Below, one piece after another: positions 39,120 to 46,403 of a stretch of DNA of 64,000 nucleotides (positions are counted from its first letter, which is position 1; the number at the start of each line of letters is the position of its first letter). This stretch comes from Micropepsaceae bacterium (GTDB lineage: Bacteria > Pseudomonadota > Alphaproteobacteria > Micropepsales > Micropepsaceae), in assembly GCA_031976175.1 (NCBI GenBank), contig DALYLR010000003.1, forward strand, positions 15,976-79,975, read 5' to 3'. A program made the translations under genes and the position numbers. The notes under the pieces were generated by a model. The model made no database searches, was not told where the DNA came from, and saw only the letters and a list, made by a program, of their open reading frames with translations.

Positions 39120-40031
39120 CTAGCGGGCCTGCTGCTGCAGGGCCAGCCGCCCGCCGCCGGTGCCTTTGGCCCGCGCGGCGGCCCGGATTGAGGCCTGGAG
39201 CTTTTCAAAGGCCCGCACCTCGATCTGGCGCACCCGCTCCCGGCTCACACCGAACTCAGCCGCCAGCTCCTCAAGGGTCGCGGGCTCCTCCTTCAGGCGG
39301 CGCTGGGTCAGTATGTGCCGCTCGCGCTCGCTCAAATCGCGCATCGCATCGACCAGCAAGTCATGCCGGTCATCCTTCTCCTCCGCCTCGGCCAAGAGCG
39401 CCTCCTGGTTCGGGCTCTCGTCGACCAGCCAATCCTGCCACTCGCCCTCGCCATCCACGCGCAACGGCGCATTGAGGGAGTGATCGGGCGCTGCCATCCG
39501 GCGGTTCATGGAGATCACGTCGGATTCGTCAACGCCCAGTTTGGTCGCGATTTGAGCGACCTGTTCGGGCCGCAAATCGCCATCCTCGAGCGCCTTGATC
39601 TGCCCTTTGGCCTTGCGCAGATTGAAGAACAGCTTCTTTTGCGCCGAGGTCGTGCCGATCTTCACCAAGGACCAGCTGCGCAGGATGTACTCCTGTATGG
39701 CCGCTCTAATCCACCACATGGCATAGGTTGCGAGCCTGAAACCCTTCTCTGGTTCAAACTTTTTCACTGCTTGCATCAACCCAACATTGCCTTCGGAGAT
39801 GACTTCGGCAATCGGCAGGCCATAGCCGCGATAGCCCATGGCGATCTTGGCCACGAGGCGCAAATGCGAGGTGACGAGCTTGTGCGCCGCCTCCCGGTCC
39901 TCATGCTCGCGCCAGCGCTTGGCGAGCATGTACTCTTCCTGCGCTTCCAGGAGCGGGAATTTGCGGATATCGGCCAGATAGCGGGATAAACTCCCCTCTG
40001 GCGACAAAGCGATTAACTGTCCTGCGGCCAT
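39120..40031 (-). CDS. rpoH: RNA polymerase sigma-32 factor
   Basis: LVTSHLRLVAKIA (region 2), RpoH box SAQKKLFFNLRKAKG, and region 4 LEELAAEFGVSRERVRQIE. GGGGGA RBS. Confidence 0.95.
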   Translation of the reverse strand: MAAGQLIALSPEGSLSRYLADIRKFPLLEAQEEYMLAKRWREHEDREAAHKLVTSHLRLVAKIAMGYRGYGLPIAEVISEGNVGLMQAVKKFEPEKGFRLATYAMWWIRAAIQEYILRSWSLVKIGTTSAQKKLFFNLRKAKGQIKALEDGDLRPEQVAQIATKLGVDESDVISMNRRMAAPDHSLNAPLRVDGEGEWQDWLVDESPNQEALLAEAEEKDDRHDLLVDAMRDLSERERHILTQRRLKEEPATLEELAAEFGVSRERVRQIEVRAFEKLQASIRAAARAKGTGGGRLALQQQAR

Positions 40032-40276
40032 CTTTTCCCCCTGGTCTTGCGATGTTTCACAAGTTGAAGGTGTAAAACGAGATGTTCTACATCAAGCCAA
40101 GTGAGTATCGGCAGAGCGACTTGATATAGGCACCGATCTGACGTGGTGAAAGTGGCATTATGATGCCCAAAGGCCACGATCGACCCTAGTAAATTCGGGG
40201 TCATGGCTTTCACGCCTTCGCGAGTGCACAAGGCCCAGATTTTTGGCCCGAATCCGGGCTAAACCCAGTCACACAT

Positions 40277-40314
40277 CGTAACAAATCACGTAACAAACAT
40301 ACACAAAACGTAAC
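40277..40314. promoter_or_regulatory. three direct repeats CGTAACAA upstream of rpoH
   Basis: CGTAAC at 40277, 40289 and 40309, each followed by AA(A/G). This is the reverse complement of the GTTACG motif at 23432-23447. Confidence 0.3.
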
Positions 40315-40517
40315 AAGACTACACATACCGATAAGTAAAGCTGTGTTTGTCGCAAGTCGCGCAGTGTGGCGTGGCGGTCACGATGCTGTCGTCTCGAGGA
40401 CCGAGCTCGGGTCCAAGGCCGCGAAAGTCCAAAGCGGCTATGGGAATCAGATGGCATGGTGGCACAGGGGCTAAGGGTGTCGGATAAGGTGCGGCCTCCG
40501 CCCGTCGGGACCGGCGC

Positions 40518-42161
40518 CTATCCCTGCAACACGCGTGCGAGTGCTTCGGACGTGTCGAGGAGCCAGGCGCCCATCGCCTCCAGGCTCAAGGGCGTCAGCG
40601 CCAAAAGGTCCGGCCCGAACTCATAACCGAGATAGATCAGCCCCAAACCCGGCAGCAATTGTAACACCGCGAGGAGCAGGCCCATGGCCGCCTGGCCCAC
40701 ACCATTGCCGGTCTCATGCACGCCTTGCGCCCAGCCCGCGAGCACCCCGCCCATACCGATGCCATTGAGGATCGAGCGCACCCACGCCCCCGCCCAGACG
40801 ATGGAGTGAACCAAAGTGGGCACCAGCGTCCAAAACATCATCGCATAGATCCAGAGATACTCGGCATCGAAGGGATTGGCGCGCAAACGCGCAATCACTC
40901 CGGGCACGTCATAAAGCGCATTGCCGCCCGCCCAGACATGCACCTGCGAGAACAGCGTCACCCCGGTCACGGTCGCAAACACGATCAGCACGGCCATCAG
41001 CGCGGCAAGAATGAAATCCAAGGCAATGATAAGCAGATGCCCCGCCCAGCCGAAGACGGGCACATCGAGCAGGCGGAACAGCCCCTCCGGCGTGCGCGCG
41101 ATCAAACCCATGATCCAGCGCGATATCCCCAGCGACAGCCAATCCACCGGCGCGTTGATGGCGGGCAGGAGCAAAAGGAACATCACCCATGGCGCGGCAA
41201 ATAGGGAGGCCTGACCCGGATCCCTATCCATGTCCAATGGCGTGATAATGCCGTAACCCGCCAGCGCTGCCATGAGGAAGGCTGGCAGCAGAACGGCAAG
41301 CGTGAAAGGCAGGATCAACGGCGCGCCGGCCCGCGCGGCATCCTGCCGGCCTGACAGGGGCAGAACGACGAAAATTAAAAAAGCGACAGCGAAAGCGCCA
41401 GCGACATTGAAAACGATAGCGCCAACGACATCGCCAGCGCCAGCGACAACGACAGCACCAAAGACAGCGCCGACAACAGCGACAACGCCAGCGAAAGCGC
41501 CAGCGAAAGCGACAGCGACAGCGGAAGCGGTAACGACAACGAAAACGCCAGCGCCAGCGCCAGCGCTAGCGCCAGCGAAAACGACAGCGGCAGCGGCAGC
41601 GGCAGCGACAGCGAAAAGGAAAACGCCACCCAGCATGATCCGATCAGACGAGGCAAAAAATTTTAGAACTCGCGCCGCCGCTATTGGGCCGACGAACACC
41701 GCGATGATCAGGGCGCGTTCCTGCCATGGCCATGCGGGCATGATCTCCATACCGCCGAAATTGCCGCTACTGCCCGCCCCCCAATTGATCGCCAGGAACA
41801 GGAACGGATAGAACACGCCCGCGCCTAGACAGAACCAGTAGGATGTGGCGCTGAACGCCAGAAGTGGCTGGTCAGCGGCAGCGGCCTCCGCGCCATCCCT
41901 TTCACTTTTGGTGGCAGCACTGCGCGCCACTTGTTGCGGATGATCGCCAAGCCAGCGTGCGAAGCCATCAAGACCACGGGCAAGCCCATCGCGATAGGAG
42001 GCCAGCAAATCGCCGCTGAGCGCGCGGACCCAAGCCTCCAAACCCTCACCCCCGCGGGCGAGCGTGACCCAATTGACGATCCAGAAGCTGAGCAGCGTCA
42101 TGCCGCCCAAGACCAGCACCACCGCGCCCCAATTGCCCGGCAAGCCCAGCAAACCGTCCAT
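40518..42161 (-). CDS. polytopic membrane protein with an internal Ala/Gly/Val/Phe hyper-repeat (no family recognised)
   Basis: 547-codon ORF, hydrophobic throughout. Includes the ~90-aa stretch AVAAAAAAAVVFAGASAGAGAGVFVVVTASAVAVAFAGAFAGVVAVVGAVFGAVVVAGAGDVVGAIVFNVAGAFAVAF. Confidence 0.65.
   Translation of the reverse strand: MDGLLGLPGNWGAVVLVLGGMTLLSFWIVNWVTLARGGEGLEAWVRALSGDLLASYRDGLARGLDGFARWLGDHPQQVARSAATKSERDGAEAAAADQPLLAFSATSYWFCLGAGVFYPFLFLAINWGAGSSGNFGGMEIMPAWPWQERALIIAVFVGPIAAARVLKFFASSDRIMLGGVFLFAVAAAAAAAVVFAGASAGAGAGVFVVVTASAVAVAFAGAFAGVVAVVGAVFGAVVVAGAGDVVGAIVFNVAGAFAVAFLIFVVLPLSGRQDAARAGAPLILPFTLAVLLPAFLMAALAGYGIITPLDMDRDPGQASLFAAPWVMFLLLLPAINAPVDWLSLGISRWIMGLIARTPEGLFRLLDVPVFGWAGHLLIIALDFILAALMAVLIVFATVTGVTLFSQVHVWAGGNALYDVPGVIARLRANPFDAEYLWIYAMMFWTLVPTLVHSIVWAGAWVRSILNGIGMGGVLAGWAQGVHETGNGVGQAAMGLLLAVLQLLPGLGLIYLGYEFGPDLLALTPLSLEAMGAWLLDTSEALARVLQG
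41383..41620 (-). repeat. intragenic degenerate tri/hexanucleotide tandem repeat
   Basis: The top strand is built from (G/A)(C/A)(C/A)AGC-type hexamers. Examples are GCCAGC/GCTAGC x5 at 41547-41576 and GGCAGC x3 at 41589-41606. Confidence 0.8.
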
Positions 42162-42330
42162 CCCCGCCCCCTGTGATCACCCGTGCAGACAATCCCCATT
42201 CCCCTCATGTAATCATCGCAAATAAAGCGAGGACTTGGCAAGGCTCTCTCGCTTACACACAACTGTCATTATTTTGGCCGCGGAAGACTTTGCGCGTGCT
42301 GGGTTTGGTGTGTGGTGTATCGCATTGCAT

Positions 42331-42960
42331 AGGCCCCGGTGCCGGGACAGCGGGTCAGTCCCGCGAGGTCCGTGGTCTTGGGCCCCGGACAGCCGCAAGT
42401 GCGGCTTCCGGGGTGACTAAGGGGAGGACGTCATTCCGGGGCTCTGCGAAAGCAAAGAGCCCGGAACCCAGGAACACTGACGGTGGTAAGGCTTGAGCGG
42501 TCCGTGGTCGTGGGCCCCGGACAGCCGCAAGCGCGGCTTCCGGGGTGACAAAAGGGGGGCCCCGGACAGCCGCAAGGGCGGCTTCCGGGGTGAGAAAAAG
42601 GGGAGGACGTCATTCCGGGGCTTTGCGCGAGCAAAGAGCCCGGAACCCAGGAACACCGACGGTGGTCAGGCTGGCGAGGTCCGTGGTCCTGGGCCCCGGA
42701 CAGCCGCATGCGCGGCTTCCGGGGTGACAAAAGACGGAGACCGGAGAGCCGCAAGCGCGGCTTCCGGGGTGACTAAGGGGGGGGAGGACGTCATTCCGGG
42801 GCTTTGCGAAAGCAAAGAGCCCGGAACCCAAGAACACCGACGGTGGTTATCCTAGCGAGGTCCGTGGTCCTGGGCCCCGGATAGCCGCAAGGGCGGCTTG
42901 CGAGGTGACACAAGAGGGTAGGCCCCGGACAGCCGCAAGCGCGGCTTCCGGGGTGACACA
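42331..42960. repeat. composite palindromic (REP/MITE-like) tandem repeat array, ~180-bp period
   Basis: Module B is GAGGACGTCATTCCGGGGCT(C/T)TGCG..AGCAAAGAGCCCGGAACCCA(G/A)GAACAC.GACGGTGGT, at 42424-42487, 42603-42666 and 42784-42847. Module A is the hairpin CCCCGGACAGCCGCAAG.GCGGCTTCCGGGG, with 7 copies starting at 42383, 42515, 42560, 42694, ~42739, 42875 and 42923. The linker GCGAGGTCCGTGGTC recurs. Confidence 0.85.
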
Positions 42961-42968
42961 GGGCTGCG

Positions 42969-44453
42969 TCAGCCCGCACCCGCCACCACCAAAACCGCAC
43001 CTGTTGCAACGGCGATCCGGGAAAAATCGCACCTCCTGGTGGGCCCAATCATGAAGACGGGTTCGGCAATGAAGATCACAGCCGGCCGGTGCGCGATGGC
43101 GCGGGCGAGGCGCAAGCGCGCGGCGGTCCAGGGATCCCTCATTTCAAGAGAGGGGTCCAGCAAGAGGCCCGCTGGCCATTCCTTTGGGTCCAGACCTGCC
43201 AGCTCCAGCGCCTCGACGATGTCCGGACTTGCTGCACCCACGCGCCCCAGAGTGAGATTGCGCTTAACGCTGGCGCGCAACAGCGGAACGGTTGGACTAA
43301 CTAGCGCGACATCGGATGGCGATAATGGCTGTCCATCCAGCAGGACCCCGCCACCAGGCCCGGCCAGCGCCAGAACTTGCGCATAGGCGGCCGCAGGATC
43401 GCCTCCACCATCGATTACCGCGACGGTTCGAGGCGCGAAGACCCTGTCCTGCCCCGACAGCACAAGGCCCATGTCCGTTGGCGCCAGTTCACCATGCGTC
43501 TGCTGCGCCTCACCTTCTGCGGTGGTTGAGATATCCGCCGAGAGCCGTTGAAACCGCTTTCGGGCGACGCGAAATGCTGCATAGAGATCGAGCGCGCGTG
43601 CGCCGCCAGCCAAGCCTGTGGCCAGGAAGCCCAAACCAAAGAGGAACGTTGCCCAGCCGCCAGGCGACTGCATCTCCGCCATCGCAGGGCCCAGGAAGAG
43701 GATCGCAGCGGCGGCGATCATCGCGGTCATGGCGGCGGCAGGGGCTGCTATGAACCCCGCGATATGCCGGCTACGGACGGTTGCGGCATGGAGGCGTCTC
43801 GTGCGCTTTGCCAAACGGCGCTGCTCCCGCGTCAGGCCTTGGAAAGCATCGATCGCAGCCGCCCCGGTCACGATATCCCCCGCCAGTGACGATACCCGTC
43901 CGCGGGCGCGCCGCAACGCGTGTTCCGCCCGAGACAGCGGCCCAAAAAGGAGAAACATCGTCAGACCATTCAGCAGCAACGCCCCACAGACAATGGCGAG
44001 GCCCGGAACGCCAACCGCGCTGCACAGGATGGCAGCTGCGGCCAGGCAAGCGCCAATGGCGGCCACCAGCTCGCTAACCCCCGTCGCGGTCCAATCGCGC
44101 AAGGCATTCAGATCGCCCGTCATGCGCACAGCCATCGTGCCCAAGCGGCGCTTCTCATTGCGGGGGCCAAGTGCGACGGCATGGCGGGCAAGATTGGCGC
44201 GGACTTCGTTGGCATACCGCACACCTAGATCCGCCGTCGCCACCATGCGCTCCCACCCGGCCGCCGCAACCAGACCACCCAGCGCCACGAGGAACAGCAC
44301 AGGCGCCCAATCGACAGCGCCATCCGTTGCGGCCTCTGCGGCGGTTTTCAACGCGATGCCAACCCCCGTCATTGCGGCCGCCTCTATCAGCGCCAGCGCG
44401 CCAAGCTGAAAGACCGCCGCGCGCCGGTGTGGTGCCAAAAGCGCCGGGATCAT
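42969..44453 (-). CDS. ABC exporter-type protein (TMD + NBD) with degenerate ATPase motifs
   Basis: N-terminal ~290 aa form a 6-TM-like ABC_membrane region. The C-terminal NBD-like domain is collinear with canonical NBDs (LLDGQPL..., RLRLARAIAHRPAVIFIAEP). Walker A reads GGGDPAAA, the LSGGQ position reads DPWTAA, and Walker B reads FIAEP. Confidence 0.65.
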   Translation of the reverse strand: MIPALLAPHRRAAVFQLGALALIEAAAMTGVGIALKTAAEAATDGAVDWAPVLFLVALGGLVAAAGWERMVATADLGVRYANEVRANLARHAVALGPRNEKRRLGTMAVRMTGDLNALRDWTATGVSELVAAIGACLAAAAILCSAVGVPGLAIVCGALLLNGLTMFLLFGPLSRAEHALRRARGRVSSLAGDIVTGAAAIDAFQGLTREQRRLAKRTRRLHAATVRSRHIAGFIAAPAAAMTAMIAAAAILFLGPAMAEMQSPGGWATFLFGLGFLATGLAGGARALDLYAAFRVARKRFQRLSADISTTAEGEAQQTHGELAPTDMGLVLSGQDRVFAPRTVAVIDGGGDPAAAYAQVLALAGPGGGVLLDGQPLSPSDVALVSPTVPLLRASVKRNLTLGRVGAASPDIVEALELAGLDPKEWPAGLLLDPSLEMRDPWTAARLRLARAIAHRPAVIFIAEPVFMIGPTRRCDFSRIAVATGAVLVVAGAG

Positions 44454-45508
44454 GCCGCGCGAACCCGGGTGCGCCGCGTCAAGTCACCGGCCCATTGCCG
44501 GGCGAGGTCCGGCGATGCCAGGGCTTCCTTGGTATAGCAAGCAACGCCCGTCGACAGCTCGGTCTCGCGGCATGCCAGAGGGGACTGAGTCACGAGGCCG
44601 CTAACCCCCAGGATTTGCCGGTTGTGCTTGCGCAGCCAGGCGACACCCATGGCCGCCGACGCGGAGCTCTCTGCCGCATAGACATAGGCATCCACCAAAT
44701 GCTCGAGCGCCTGCGAGCCGATCAGCCAGCTCGTCTCGGGCTGATAAAGGCCGTCGGCGATCTCAAACACCATCATGTTGCAGCCGCGGGCGATCATCTC
44801 CGCGGCCAGCGTGTCGGCAATATCCATCAGGTCGTCCTGCGCAACTTTGTAGGTCGTGGCAAAACCCGCATCGGTGAAGTCAGCGATCGCATGCGCCCCT
44901 GCATCCCACATGTGCCAATAATCATTGCCAGCCCCGGTTCCGGTGATCTTTGCCGCGCCGACCTTGAAGCCGCCCTTCGCAAAGCCATGAACGATCGACG
45001 CCGCGGCTGTCGTCTTGCCGGCATTCATCGAGCCGCCAGTCACGGCGATGCACGGGATCTTGAGGTCTCTGCGGGCAGGCGTGACGCCAAAGCGGCGCAG
45101 ATTGACCACCACGCCAGTCTCGTCCGCGATCAGGCCTAGGGGCGTGATTGCTGTGGGTGCGGCCATCGTAGCATTGCGGCACAGCACTTGGCCGGCAATC
45201 CCGCCCGCGGCCGCAAGGTGGCACGCACCAAGACTATCTGGCACGACCGCCTCGAACTGATCCGGCGCATAGCGATTGCCATAGGCGAGAATGACCTCAT
45301 CGCCGGGAAAGAGTGTGCTTTTGCGGCTCGTGGGCAGTTCCAGCTGTTTGTGTGCGCCGAGGGCGTCAACACGGGCGAGAACCAAGTCTCCTGCTTGCGG
45401 TGCCGCCACATCGCGTGTGACTGCATGGATATAGGCTTCAGGCACGATGCGTGTCGAAAATCCGCGTTTCGCATTGGAAACGCGCTCATGGCTCAGGCGT
45501 TCAGTCAT
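44450..45508 (-). CDS. DUF1611-like P-loop protein
   Basis: ATG 45508 (MTERL) is preceded by GGAGGA. IAVTGGSMNAGKTTAAASIVHGFAKGGFKVGAAKITGTGAG resembles the GTDxxxGKxTTA...ATGQTG pattern I recall for DUF1611. 4-bp overlap with the downstream ABC-like gene. Confidence 0.55.
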   Translation of the reverse strand: MTERLSHERVSNAKRGFSTRIVPEAYIHAVTRDVAAPQAGDLVLARVDALGAHKQLELPTSRKSTLFPGDEVILAYGNRYAPDQFEAVVPDSLGACHLAAAGGIAGQVLCRNATMAAPTAITPLGLIADETGVVVNLRRFGVTPARRDLKIPCIAVTGGSMNAGKTTAAASIVHGFAKGGFKVGAAKITGTGAGNDYWHMWDAGAHAIADFTDAGFATTYKVAQDDLMDIADTLAAEMIARGCNMMVFEIADGLYQPETSWLIGSQALEHLVDAYVYAAESSASAAMGVAWLRKHNRQILGVSGLVTQSPLACRETELSTGVACYTKEALASPDLARQWAGDLTRRTRVRAA

Positions 45509-45587
45509 TGCTGTGTCCTCCATTCTGACTGAAGGCACAACGCACTCAGACCAAAGATATTCCGTAAGGCCCCTATTTCTGTTGCCC

Positions 45588-45974
45588 TCAGGGACGCCAA
45601 GCCTGCGGGTGGCCCGCAAGGACCCGGTCGAGTGTCACGAGCTTCATGCCCTCGGCTTGGGCTTGCGCGAGCAGCAAACGGTCGAAGGGGTCTTTCATGG
45701 GCGGGTCCGGGTCCACCACGGCCACAAAATGCTGTTCATTGATGGGGAGAATTCCAAAACCCGCATCCTGGCAAAACTGTGCCACCTGATCTGGCCGAAC
45801 GTTCAGATCAAGCTTACCGATCCGCGTCTTGATCGCAATTTCCCAAAGTGAAGCCACGCTGACCGAGGGCGCCGCGGCATCACTCAGCACAACGCCCGCA
45901 TAGCGGGGATAGTCCCGCTCGAACCGGCGCTCGAGAATTGCGATCACGAAGTGCGTGTCCAGCAGCAGCCGCAT
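45588..45974 (-). CDS. vapC: PIN-domain toxin (VapC-like)
   Basis: MRLLLDTHFVI, SLWEIAIKTRIGKL, DPFDRLLLAQAQ. Confidence 0.85.
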   Translation of the reverse strand: MRLLLDTHFVIAILERRFERDYPRYAGVVLSDAAAPSVSVASLWEIAIKTRIGKLDLNVRPDQVAQFCQDAGFGILPINEQHFVAVVDPDPPMKDPFDRLLLAQAQAEGMKLVTLDRVLAGHPQAWRP

Positions 45975-45976
45975 GA

Positions 45977-46237
45977 TTACTTCATCGGTGTGATGAGAAA
46001 ATCGTCCGGTAACGGAGCATCGAAGTCGTCAGCGATAAAGACGACCGGGTTCTCAACGCCGATGGACTTTAGATAGGCGTAGCCCGCCTCCAGATCGATA
46101 CCACCCTTTTTCTTGTGAGGCACGAGATCGAAGACTGGCTTGCCATTGCGCGTGACGGTGATGGTCGCACCCGCCTCAACCTCCCGGGCGAGTTCGGTCA
46201 GCCGGTTCTTGGCGTCTTTGATGGACACGGTTTTCAT
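45977..46237 (-). CDS. vapB: Phd/YefM-type antitoxin
   Basis: MKTVSIKDAKNRLTELAREVEAGATITVTRNGKPVFDLVP. Located 2 bp upstream of the PIN gene. Confidence 0.85.
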   Translation of the reverse strand: MKTVSIKDAKNRLTELAREVEAGATITVTRNGKPVFDLVPHKKKGGIDLEAGYAYLKSIGVENPVVFIADDFDAPLPDDFLITPMK

Positions 46238-46245
46238 GGGCCTAT

Positions 46246-46274
46246 GAGGTAGCTACTTGTAGCCACTTTGTCAA
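46246..46274 (-). promoter_or_regulatory. promoter with a spacer-embedded palindrome (TA locus 3)
   Basis: The minus strand reads TTGACA (46274-46269), 17-nt spacer, TACCTC (46251-46246). The spacer holds the palindrome GCTACAAGTAGC (46252-46263). Same architecture as 12588-12616. Confidence 0.4.
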
Positions 46275-46403
46275 GCAGGCTCGCAGGGCGCCTGCTGCTC
46301 GTTGGCCGGACCCTTACCCAGCGTATGCCTGCTGACCTGGATCAAGGTGAACCTTCAGAGCCTTGCCCACATTCCTCCTGCACGCGCAATCAGAGGAGGG
46401 CCT

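Noticed and set aside
41375-41656. 93-aa ORF (LSLSLPLPL...) in an alternative frame on the same strand as the 547-aa membrane protein.
   Set aside because: It is an alternate-frame reading of the hexanucleotide repeat, entirely nested in the longer, hydrophobic, start-to-stop consistent ORF.
42331-42960. Possible CRISPR array, given regularly spaced repeats in an intergenic region.
   Set aside because: The sequence between hairpin copies is itself repeated (ordered modules B, linker, A, A) rather than unique spacers. Unit spacing is irregular (45-135 bp between A copies), and no cas genes or leader are present in the window.
42235-43048. Multiple 60-120-aa ORFs on both strands across the repeat array (e.g. 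42431..42754, 42493..42855, 42791..43048).
   Set aside because: Their peptides are repetitive translations of the palindromic modules in several frames (e.g. GPRTAA.AASGVTK). They have no start context and are mutually overlapping.
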